64,000 bases of DNA from the NCBI GenBank assembly GCA_973895155.1, contig OZ316893.1, positions 18,666,857 through 18,730,856 of the forward strand, written 5' to 3'. Shown in pieces: positions 1 to 10,648 of this stretch. The position numbers were made by a program, and so were the translations under genes. Under the pieces are notes generated by a model that ran no database searches, was not told where the DNA came from, and saw only the letters and a program-made list of their open reading frames with translations. Source of the stretch: Marsupella aquatica (Eukaryota > Plantae > Marchantiophyta). Numbering within the stretch: position 1 is the stretch's first letter; every line of letters starts with the position of its first letter.

Positions 1-1483
1 GTATTGCAAGCTATTCCTATCTATCATATGATGTTCCTCAGAAGCTCCAACTCTTTGGCTAAGACTTTGGTGGCTCTCTGCCGTGACTTCCTTTGGGGAT
101 ATAATGAGAATGGTGGACGGAAAATTCCCTTGGTAGCGTGGAAGATGATGGCACGGCCTAAGGTGGACGGTGGCCTTGGGTTTAAGGACTTTCGCAGTCA
201 CTCTGACGCTTTACTCTGTCAATGGTTCACCCGTGCTCTGGATTCGCAAGTCTCTGAATGGGCTAGGCTTTTGGGGGAAAATTTGAGATTGGCAAAATGG
301 AGGAATGCTAAGCGCATCAGGAGAAATAGATACTCTCTCTTTGATCGACTATTTCTCTGTTACCCTCATTCTTTTGGCTGTCTCTTTTACACGGGTAGTT
401 TGTGGAAGGCTTGGGAGTCTCTTCGGCTGCACCTTATACTCTCACCGGGCGTTTCTGGCATGGCATGCTGGTGGAGCTTGGAGGATGTTGTGAGATGCCT
501 GGAAGGTTTTCAGCACCTACAGGATGACATGATTTGCTCCATTATCAAGATGTGCGAGAGGATTGGAGTAAGGACGATGTCGAATTTAAATGGTTCTCAT
601 GACTCAGTTGTTCAAACCTTTTCTACTAAAATTGCAAGAATACGTGGTGCTGACGCTGCAACGAGAGAGCTTTGTTTAGCATTCGTGGACAAAATCAAAG
701 GTACTGTGGATTGCTTTGGAGATCTCCAAGCTCGTGCCGCCCAATGGTGTTGGTCTGACAAACGTGAATGGCTGAAGAGCTTCACCTTGTCCAATGCACG
801 TATGTATCAGTTGATTTGACCCAAAGGCTCTGATTCTCTCAGGCTCAACGGGATTTGGAGCATTTCTTTTTCTGACCTCAAATGGAACAATTTCTGGAAT
901 GCTCTATGGTCATCTGATTTACCATTAAAAGGCCGCTTATTCCTTTGGAGATTAGCTGCTCAAGGGTTATTCACTGGAACACGAGCTAGAAAGATTGGTA
1001 AAGGAGATGGAAGCTGCCTACTGTGCACCAATGTTCTTGAAACAATTCCTCATCTTTTCTTCACATGCCCCTTCGCTAAGAGGTGCTGGCAGCTAGCTGG
1101 GTGGATTTTTTCGGGAGCCACTTCTTGGAGACATTTGAATTTATTCTCTGTCTTGGAAGTCATTGGATGCACCAAAATTGAGAGAACCATTTGGGTCTTT
1201 GTGGTTTATCACGTGCTATGGACTCTCTGGCTGGCACGGAATGAGCAGCTTTTTAATCGTGTCAACAATAGAAGGTTTAATCTGAATCTACTCCTTTCAG
1301 ATATGTTAGACTCCTTGCATGGCCTCTGTGAAGCCTCGGGTCCTAGTAGAAAACATACTAGATTACTGCGAGTCAAAGAATTAGTCCGTCAGGAACGTCT
1401 TAGGTGCGTTACTCGTCCAGACGCATGGCTTCCCGTGGGTTTTCACGGGTTTCATTTTTATTTCCCAAAAAAAAAAAAAAAAA
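1..1483 (+). mobile_element. 3' end of L1-clade LINE (ORF2 C-terminus, zf-RVT cysteine motif, poly(A) tail)
   Basis: ORF 4..819 begins AIPIYHMMF...CRDFLWG...PLVAWK...GGLG, typical of plant L1 ORF2 after the RT core. Region ~900-1100 reads LFLWRL...CLLCTNVLETIPHLFFTCPFAKRCW (zf-RVT). A17 tract at 1467-1483 is followed directly by gypsy integrase sequence. Confidence 0.92.
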
Positions 1484-2498
1484 CCCGTAGATCGGGTAAT
1501 CATCCTCTTACCCCGATCTTTCCCCTTGCCCCGTTTGAGAAATGGGGCATCGATTATATCGGACCATTCACCCCGATAACCCGAGGTCGGCGTTGCCGGT
1601 ACATCCTTCTCGCTATCGACTATTCGACTAAATGGGTAGAGGCCCGGGCAATGGTCAAGGATGATGCGGCCACCACCGCCAGGTTCCTATAGGAACAGAT
1701 CTTCACCCATTTTGGACCTCCCTTGGAGTTAGTCAGCGACCGTGGGACGCATTTTTTGAACGAAACGGTGGAAAACCTGACTAACCGTTACCTCGTCAAG
1801 CACAGGAAGACTACCCCTTATCATCCCAAATGCAACGGACTAGCAGAGCGGGCTAATGGCATCGTAGGAAAAATCCTCAACAAAACCGTAGCCGCCCACA
1901 AAACGGACTGGGACGACAAGCTTTTTGCGGCGGTCTATTTGTACAACTTGGCGTTTAAAACTACGACAAACCATAGTCCGTATTTCTTGGTATTCGGACA
2001 ACATGCACTCGTACCCATCAAGTTCGAGGTCGAGACTCCTCGGGTGAGCATCCGCCATAGGTTACCGGAGGCCGCTAGTTTGTCCGATCGAGCATATAAG
2101 ATTGATAGTCTAGAAGAACAAAGATTGTGGGCATCGCGACGCATGACTGCCAAGCAGGAAGCAACGAAGAAACAGCACGACAAGGGACTGCACCAGGTGG
2201 ACATTGCTATGGGAGATCTTGTCCTTTTGTACGACAGTAGGTACATGTACTTTCCCGGAAAATTACACACACGCTGGTGGGACCTTTTATTGTCCAGCAG
2301 ATGTACCCGAATGGGTCCCTACAGCTATCAACGTACGCCGGCAAACTCTTTCCCAATCGAGTTAGTTACGATCGTGTGAAGAGGTACTTTCACCAGGATG
2401 ACGAGCATAATGATGTTTGCGAGGACGCTTCACACTTGAGTGGGGAGCTATGTGACATGAATAACGTGTCACTTAACCGAACGCAGGTCATAGATTAG
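1484..2498 (+). pseudogene. Gypsy integrase core and C-terminal domain, disrupted (stop at ~1690, frameshift at ~2280)
   Basis: ORFs 1135..1692 (distal part), 1723..2379 and 2277..2498 carry consecutive rve/GPF motifs. Confidence 0.92.
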
Positions 2499-2782
2499 GT
2501 CTTATACGGTCATTAGGACCGTAGCCGTAGCGTAGAATAGCACAAATAGCCATCTTTTGCCATTATGAATAGATTAGGAGTAGGTTAGTTGACCAAATGA
2601 TTACGAAGTAAGGAAGAGGATTATTACACTCGACCGAGGTACGGTGGCGGTGGCGGAGTAAAAATCCGTTAGAAGAATCACGCTTGGACTGAGACGCCGA
2701 CTTCAGCTCATTATCAACGACCAAAACGGCCTGGCCCTCTCACGCTCGAGCTCACCCTAGCACCTCCATAAGAGAGGAGTTG

Positions 2783-5317
2783 ATGGCGTTGCGGGCCATT
2801 TGCTCATTTCTACCTTTTGGAATTCGTGGACGTTGCCATTTTCTCGCCTTCTTGCTCGAATCAAGCTGACCTTTACAAGGAAATCATCGAGGGATAAGAG
2901 CGGGTTGTGGCAAGATTTAGTCAGGGCAAGGAAGGCCTCCACCAGTAAGCGGACCAAACAGCGGGAACGCGGACTCGACGAACCGGACTACAAAGGTTAG
3001 TATGACCCTTACAGCCTTGGGATTTTGGACCTTGTTTGGCGAGGTGGGTGCTAAGTTCTCCAAAACTTACTGGTACTCTTGTCCCGAGAAAGCCGCTTAT
3101 GAACAAAGATACACGAAGCTGGTGGCCAAGGTAGCACAGGTTAATTGTGAGAAGACAACCATCACCAGAGATTCCAGCTACAACGAGCTGCGAGACTACA
3201 TCACCGAGCTATATCTCAGCGAGGAAGGGCTTAGATCAGTAGCAAAGGCGATTCTTGAAGTCCCTGCAAAGTTCTTTAGGCTGAAGGGCAGCCAACGGCT
3301 TACTCAAGCGAAGTTTGACAAGATCCAGGGGTACCTAGACCAACAGATTGCAACCAAAAAGCGCCAAGAAGACATCAGCAGACAACGGGAAGCGGCGCGT
3401 AATCTTACGTTCCTCGGGGAAAGCTCCAACGCCTTCAACTGGGATATGGCTACACCAACACCACCAGCGTCTCAGCCAATGACCACCGGCGTACCACCAA
3501 AATGGTCCCAAGTCCGTCCCGTGAACAACACCGAGTGTTCTTTGGGTTCCGAGCAAGTTAGTCCGCATCTCAAGCAGCATTCTTGTAAGCGAGCAAGAAC
3601 GACGCCGGCCCCCGAATCGACAACACGAACCAGCGCCGCTCCTGTACTTGCCCCGGTAAACCCCCCGGCCAACCAGACCCGACAGCCCCCGGATAATCCC
3701 AAGTCTAACTTATTATAGGTAATCCGCATTCCCGAGGTAGTCTGGATCACGATCAAGAAACTCGACCACACGGACTATCTCAAGGAGCATCAGTTGGAGC
3801 AGTTCGCTCACTTGCTATGGAGACCGTGCGCGGCCGGGCCAAAGGAGATTTGTGAGTTCATCTCCAATTTCGACACCGACGCATCGACCACTAAGGTTTC
3901 AGGGCAGACCTTATCACTCACGAAGCATCGGTTAGCACAGATCTTCTGCCTGCCAACCAGGCCGGTGCCGGTTGAACTCCGAATTTGGGATAAGGAGTAT
4001 ACACCTCGGCACTTCAAACCCGAAGGTAAGACGGACAACAGATACAAGCAGGGGTCGTGCACCAACTTAATCTGCATGGAGCGGCTTAACTTCATACGGA
4101 CTACCCTACACATGATTGAGCCACGATCCGAGATTTCCCTCTGCACGATCGTGCAGGTGGAACAGTACAAACGGTGAAATTGGGCCCAATTCTTTTACCA
4201 AAGGTTCTCAGGAGAGCTTAAGCGGGCTCAGGGAGGTATGGCTATCGGGGGGAAGACTTACCTGGGAAGTCATATCGCCATCATCCTCGCCTGGTACAAG
4301 GCACGGCGGGAGGCCAGGGGAAAGAATATGGCCACCTCAGCCCCAACTAATGTCACCCCTGCTATGGAGGAGGCTACCCCGAGCGAGCAGACTACCTCGC
4401 CTCAGGCAAACCCCAAGCCGGAAGCCCCGACTAATACTCCGTCACCTCCCCGGGTTGAAATTCCGCCACCCCCTTCCGTTGAGTCTCCGCTACCCCCAGT
4501 GCAACCACCTCCAATCCCTCCACCACCTGAAGAAACCTTCCCCTTCCCAGCGCAGACTACGGAGGAGCTCGTTGCCCCGCCCGAGGAACCACCGGTACCC
4601 GAGAGGATGGAGGACTACCAAGTAGCCCCAGGGACCATGGCCTACGACCTGGTCCAGAAGTTTAGTCAGACTCTATCAGGGGAGCTGGCGACGTACTTCG
4701 GACAACAAGTCTTGGCATACTTTCAACCAGCCTTCTTCATGTTAGAGCACCAACCACGGATCGTAAGCCGCTTGGAAGAAGAACTCATGGTGAAGGGGAA
4801 TGAGATCGGGCGCCTCCAAATGCTGGTAGAACACCTCAAGAAGGAGGCGATTACCCGCCGTGAGGAGTTAGTCCGCACCGTCAAACAGCAGGACGGACTA
4901 ACCCAGGAGTTAAGCAGGGCGCAAGCGGATCTCAAGAAGCTGGACGACACCATGCTTCAGTTCCGCTTGGAATCCTCGGCTCGGGTTACCAACCTGACCA
5001 ACCTCAACAACCAATTCCTACAAGCGGCTTAGCAGGTAGCTAGTCTCTTTGCCAAACGAGATAAATTGCTGACGTAGGACCAGACCCATCATGACTCCAT
5101 TAACCAGCTCAACCTGGAGATAGCACGGCTCCAGACAAAGGCCGATGAAGCTACAAACAAGGCTGAGGAGGCGGTGCGGGACAACAAGGCCTTACAGGAC
5201 CGCATTACCCTGCTCGTCCTCCAGCGGGGAAGACCTGGGCCCACCTCTGATCAAGGCGGCTCAAGGTCTCGCCCCGACAGAGGGACAAACCCTGGTCCAA
5301 CCACGGCTCGCACGTAA
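2783..5317 (+). pseudogene. Accessory ORF between pol and PPT (~840 codons): N-terminal helical region, plant-mobile/transposon-protein-like domain, Pro-rich linker, coiled coil
   Basis: ORFs 3002..3718, 3794..4177 and 4238..5032 are in one frame, separated by single stops. The frame runs from ATG 2783 to TAA 5315-5317. The start is uncertain. Confidence 0.7.
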
Positions 5318-5680
5318 GGGGTGGTTAACGAAGGGAGGAAGCAGGCGCCGCGCAAGGCGGTTGAGTCAGCGGCATCTTCTGGTTAGGCATAACGACAGAA
5401 TAGCTGTCATTAGGCGCCAATTAGCGGCACAGTAGGAAGAATTAGGACCGGATCAGTTAGGATCAGCCAACGTAGGATAGAGTCCATCAATGGACTAGAT
5501 TTTGGTCAGTAGACTTAGTTGCTGCCATTCCGGTCAGCGCCCTTGTCGTCAACGGTCAACTGGTCAGAGGAGTGCGGCTGGCTAGTCCGAGGGTAGTTAG
5601 TCAGTAGGCATTACCCCCGGAAGGTAGTATCTTCCGGTTTCTTTCCGCAACCATAGTATTTAGGCTCTCCCTTCCGCTGT

Positions 5681-5695
5681 GGGAGGGGGAGAAGG
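5681..5695 (+). other. Polypurine tract of Gypsy-1
   Basis: GGGAGGGGGAGAAGG immediately before TG at 5696. Confidence 0.85.
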
Positions 5696-6214
5696 TGTAG
5701 TTATCTCAGCGTAAGGAAAGGCGAGGCACAGGGAGTCTCGGCCTGAGCAGGGTTAGAGTGCACCAAGGAGTGAGAGCCAGAGTCGAGCTTGCTGGGCAAG
5801 TGCGAGGCGGGGCCTCGTAGAGACTGGGCATTGACTGCCGTTGGGCCTGTTGACCCCCTTAGAAGTTGAGTCAACTATGTAAATTGATTCTTCGCTGAGT
5901 AAATGTAGTCTTTTCCCTCTAATGTTTCCGTGAGTAACTGGTGTTGTGTGTATGCTTTGTCTGGGCAAAGGTGCCATTTCAAGGGACGTACCGGGTGCGG
6001 ACTAATGGTAGGGATTGCCACCCATTGCATGTCACAAGGTTCTGTCGTGTCGATGGCTTGAAAGCCCCAAGCCGGGAGTTAGTCCGAGTCACTAACTGTG
6101 GGAATATTCCAGCGGTGGAAAACAAATATACCTATGACTAGTACGAGTTGCGTGAGTATTATACTAGTAAGTATATTGCCTTAGCCCGACTTAGGGCTAA
6201 TTGAGGCCACTACA
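5696..6214 (+). repeat. 3' LTR of Gypsy-1 (519 bp)
   Basis: Begins TGTAGTtatCTCA and ends TGAGgccACTACA (imperfect inverted ends). Follows the PPT. The partner LTR is outside the window. Confidence 0.75.
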
Positions 6215-6687
6215 CACCTCCTTGCCCGAACCCTTACCCCGACTAGTGGTCAAAGTCGCCCCATGGAACTAAACTGGATTTAAGGCCCAGGTTAGGGGCA
6301 CAACATATGGCGACCGGTTTTTTGGCGCTAGATGGAGGGGGCACTCATTTTTCCTTACGAGTGGAGCCGTGTAGTGAGCTATTAACCTTTGATTTTGTCC
6401 TTAACGTGTAGGAAGGGGCATGCCCCTTACCCGGTCATGTTCTGTGTATTTACAACAACCAGACGGAGCATAAAGTTTGGCAGGAAATACCGCATCTGGT
6501 GGAGCAGGGAGCTCGCCTTCCCAAGCAGGATCACTTATTGTGATGGGAACCCAAGCACCAATGGCGGGAGGAACTCCACCGGTTCCACCAGCCCCATAGG
6601 TACCAGGTGCGTTGCGACCCCTTGTGGCCAAGAATGTGTCACAGCGATCTTGGTTCCACTATCGACCCTTCGAGGGACGACCCCGAT
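6215..6687 (+). mobile_element. Remnant of another LTR element: LTR 3' end (to 6305), PBS-like TGGCG motifs and leader
   Basis: ...GGCACAACA ta TGGCGACC...TTTGGCGCTAGATGGAGGGG resembles a gypsy LTR/PBS junction. Ends abruptly at copia LTR sequence. Confidence 0.5.
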
Positions 6688-6786
6688 GAACATGTAAAGA
6701 ATGAGGGAGAGAATGCTCTCCCTCCAACCTACACCCCCCAAGGGGGACTAAGATGTGTGGGCCTAAATAAGTGGATCTTATCCTAA
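6688..6786 (-). repeat. Displaced piece of the Copia-1 3' LTR
   Basis: Near-identical to ~40810-40908 (3 transitions). The LTR continues at 30772 after the CACTA insertion. Confidence 0.93.
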
Positions 6787-7515
6787 CACTAGTAAAAAAC
6801 AAGGTTGTTTATGACCACAAAAATGACTATACAAATGGTCTTTTCAACAAAATAATGACGCATTTGTTTTGGTCTTTCCAGACGCATCACAACGGACATA
6901 TGGGTCACGGTCCTTTTGGACAAATGACGCAAAAAATGTGTGGTCATTTTGTATAGTCTGAAATGACTAAATTTACAATTTGGTCATAAATGGTGAACGG
7001 TCCAAAATGACCAAAAAACCACCATTGATGATCAATTGCCGTTCACCGTCGACGGTCTCCGTACCCAATTATATAATTCCACGTGGCAATTAAAGAAGGA
7101 AGATCATTCGTCATTTAGGACTTGTCCAAAATGACGTACAATATGAAACAAATCAAGTAATGACATGTGGCTCAAAGGGTATTCACCACGTGGCAATAGG
7201 GTTGGGTCATTTAAGACTTATCCAAAATGACTACATTGTAGACTAGTGATATTGGAACACGTGATCCAATTGGGAGAAGACACGTAAAATACACATTGGT
7301 CATTAATGACATGTCTTGAATGACTTGAAAGTAGTCATATTGGACACAATTATATATGTCCATAATGACCATTAAATCAGTCATTTTAGATATCATTTTT
7401 GGGGTCATTAAAGTTATGTATTTAATGACTTGAGTTGAGTCATATTGGACACAAATGTAAATGTTCATAATGACCATTAGATCAGTCAATTTATATGTCA
7501 TTCAGGTCATGTATT

Positions 7516-10237
7516 TGTCACGCGATTGACATGGGTCTTAACACCAAAAACGTCACTATGGGTGCCAAAACCATCTCCTTGTACCTGAGGATCACGAAGG
7601 GATGTTGTGAAGGCCGGTAAACACCAGTTTATGTCCTTAACACCAGACTATCATAGCAAGACTCTGTCACACATCACCCAAGCTCAATCCCTAGGAACCA
7701 AGGTTGGGAATCAGATCATGTGCTCATGATAGTTCTAGTGAGAAGGGGTATTCATATTGGGCCCGTACACACAGGGCCCTAGCGCTACGGTGCGCATATG
7801 TCTATACGTATGCTTATTGTCATAGGTATATTTCTATTCCGCCGCCGGAATGTACCCATAAACCAGTGACTCCTGACTGATTCCCGGCTTAGGGACTTCT
7901 AAGCCATTGCCCCACCACTCTGCCAGCCCACTCTCAACAATCAGAGTTGTGACAGCCCTCACCCAACCCACTTCAATGCACCCGGTACACCTCTCAATGG
8001 CGCTACTAGTCCCATCATACACTCAGATTGCCTCACACACACACATCCATGAGAGAAATTAGGCCTGAGAGGAAAACTCAATTAGATTCAAAGATGTGCA
8101 CAATAGTTCACTGAGAACACTTGATCCGAACAATAGGCCCGAAGGCTGTCTCCTCTAGATTGCGACATGCTTGCCCTGCAAGCCTCGTGCTTGCCATGCA
8201 AGCTCAATCCTGAACCTGAGTCTGGCTCACTCCAGATTGCGATGGCAGATTGGACTCAAACCAATCTTGTACTTGCCTTGCAAACTCAATCCTGAACTCA
8301 ACCTCCTTCACTGCACTTCATTCTTGGGGGCACATACAGATCTCACACCTCCATTTTAGAATGTCAAGTTACGCATGCACAGTTGACTCGACTTCAAAGC
8401 TAGTACCAAGCCTAACGACGATCTACCCCAGACTACAATGAGGCTCGGCCTCATGCTTGCCCTGCAAGCTCAGCTCTGGCCATAAATCCCTTAGTGCTCT
8501 CTACCAGACAAAGGTCGGGACTCCCCATGGATCACGTAGCCTTGCCAGACTAAACTGTAAATGCTCCTCCTGCTGCCCCTCAATCAGTATCTCAGCCTCC
8601 CTAATGTGCTCACTGCAAATCACATTCAAATCCTCCCCACAGTTTACAATCACCAACACATCACCTATCACCAAGGCTTTGTATCGGGGGAAAAGAACCC
8701 AGTTGTGTTGCCTACTAGAAAGAGCCACAATCCATCTTGCAAACCTGGCCAACTGTTGTTGTGAAGCATGGCTGATTACTCCCTGAGTAATAGCACAACC
8801 AAGCTCTCCCCAACACACAGCTTTCAAGCCCAACCTTCCTTGCACAGAGCTCCTCCCTACTGCTCAATCCACGTGAGATCACACAATTGAAGTTCCCCCC
8901 TGCCTCTACCGGGGGGCTGCTCTATATACTCTCATACTGAGCCCAAATGGGTGGATACTACGCTGTTGGAGCCTCATCCTAGCCCTAACAGAGCCGCCAC
9001 TATCTCTAACTACTGAACCCTAACTCGCAACTTTATTTCTATCTCGAATTGGCTATGTACTTCGGATTTGGCCCTCCTCCATGGTTTTTGCGAGCTTGCG
9101 CCTCTTCTCCCGACTTCTCTATTCAACCATTTGTTGCGTGGATAGCAGCGTTGGAAGCGGTTTGAGCTCCTCTTTCCAACGAGGTCAATTATAGCCAATT
9201 TGGGCAAATACAGAGAAAGTTATGCCCCCGCAACCGAGAGGGGGTACTCACTGCTATGCTAACCCGAGTTACATAGCTAACCCGAGTTCGGCTAACCTAG
9301 CTATCCTACCTAATCCGAGTAGAGCTAACCCGTGGTCTCGAGTTAGGCCGCTACCCGCTATCCGCTAACCTAGGCTAAGCTGAGCCCGAACCTGAACTTA
9401 CCTATGCTAACCCAAGCTCGAGTTTAGGCTAACCCGAGTTCAGTCTAACCCGGGATCAATCTAATCCGAACCCGGGTTAAGCTTAAGCTGAAGTCGTGCT
9501 TACATGAGCTAAGCTGAAGTCGTGCTCACATAAGCTAAGCCGTGGCCGAGCTTAGGTTAACCCGAAACCGAAGCTGAATCCGCTAATTCCGGCCACAAGT
9601 TAACACGTCACACTAATCAGACCGTATCTTCCTTAATACACCTCCGTTTCCCAAGTGTTTTGTATTGATTTTACTCGCCTTGACCAGATCTTTCCAGTGC
9701 TTCTTACAGATCCGGATTTGGTGACGTTTTGAATGAGACATGGTCACCGACCACCCGCGACATAGCCTTTTATTTCCCTAACATTCTAAGACTAGACTAT
9801 GAACCACTAACCTAGCTAACAAAATGAAGCTACACACCCAAGACATTTAGATTTCATCCTGAGCACAATCACCATACCCCACAACTTCATATTCAGCTAT
9901 GGAGACTCGCTTCCTTGAATTACCACGCCTACCTCTGTACCGGCGTCTTGAAGAGCCTCCATGCTCCATCTTGCTTGTCAAGAAGATGGTATGCTTGAAA
10001 AGTTGAATCCTCTCTTCCCCAGTTTCTCCTTTGTGGCCTTGACAGTGACTACCTCAACTGTGTCTGCCTTGGTTGTGCAGTCTTCAAGCTGAAATACCTT
10101 TATCCCTACTCTTAACGCCATGATTGCCCTTATTCTTGCCAGCTTGCTAATTGTTATGCAATATCAATAGTTACTCCTTGCATACAGCAACCTACTTACT
10201 CAGATTATAGAATAAGGACCATGTCATCGGCGTCACA
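7516..10237. mobile_element. 2.7-kb solo LTR inserted in the CACTA subterminal region
   Basis: Ends TGTCACGCGATTGACATGG and CCATGTCATCGGCGTCACA. Perfect 5-bp TSD GTATT (7511-7515, 10238-10242). No retroelement coding domains. Confidence 0.88.
9255..9590. repeat. Array of degenerate GCTAACCCGAG / GCTAAGCTGAA motifs within the solo LTR
   Basis: Many short near-tandem copies are visible. Confidence 0.7.
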
Positions 10238-10648
10238 GTATTCAATGACTTAGGGTGGTCTTATTAGACAGAAATCCATGTCATTTTAAGAGTCATACAC
10301 TACAAAGTTATTCAATACATTTGCAGAATGAAACCCTAAAGAGACATTCTATACCTTACAAATCCAATTGACATGACACATTCTTCAATCCTGCAATAGT
10401 TATTCAACTCAATGCAAATGCAAGCAATAATCAAATGCAAGTGTGATTAAGTTTTTTTCAATGTCATTTCAATGACAAGCAAAATGACATTGAAAAAAAA
10501 CATACACATATTATTATTAGAAATATTGTCAAGTGCTACAATCTGAAATACCAACAACTCTTAATGTCTGTAGAAAAATAGAGTTGACATTCTCATTCTA
10601 CAAAACCTACTGCTATCATGTCTATCGCTTCTTGGCCCATGGCTGCTT

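Larger units (their letters stand above)
1484..6214 (+). mobile_element. 3' half of a non-chromoviral Ty3/gypsy LTR retrotransposon (Gypsy-1): integrase, accessory ORF, PPT, 3' LTR
   Basis: Integrase motifs PFEKWGIDYIGP, LAIDYSTKWVEA, VSDRGTHF, TPYHPKCNGLAER and C-terminal GKLHTRW-GPF, with no chromodomain. PPT GGGAGGGGGAGAAGG abuts TGTAGT at 5696. Confidence 0.9.

Noticed and set aside
1135-1692. 185-aa ORF fusing a LINE C-terminus, a poly-Lys run and an integrase
   Set aside because: Chance in-frame read-through of the LINE poly(A) tail into the gypsy integrase it interrupted; not a real chimeric gene.
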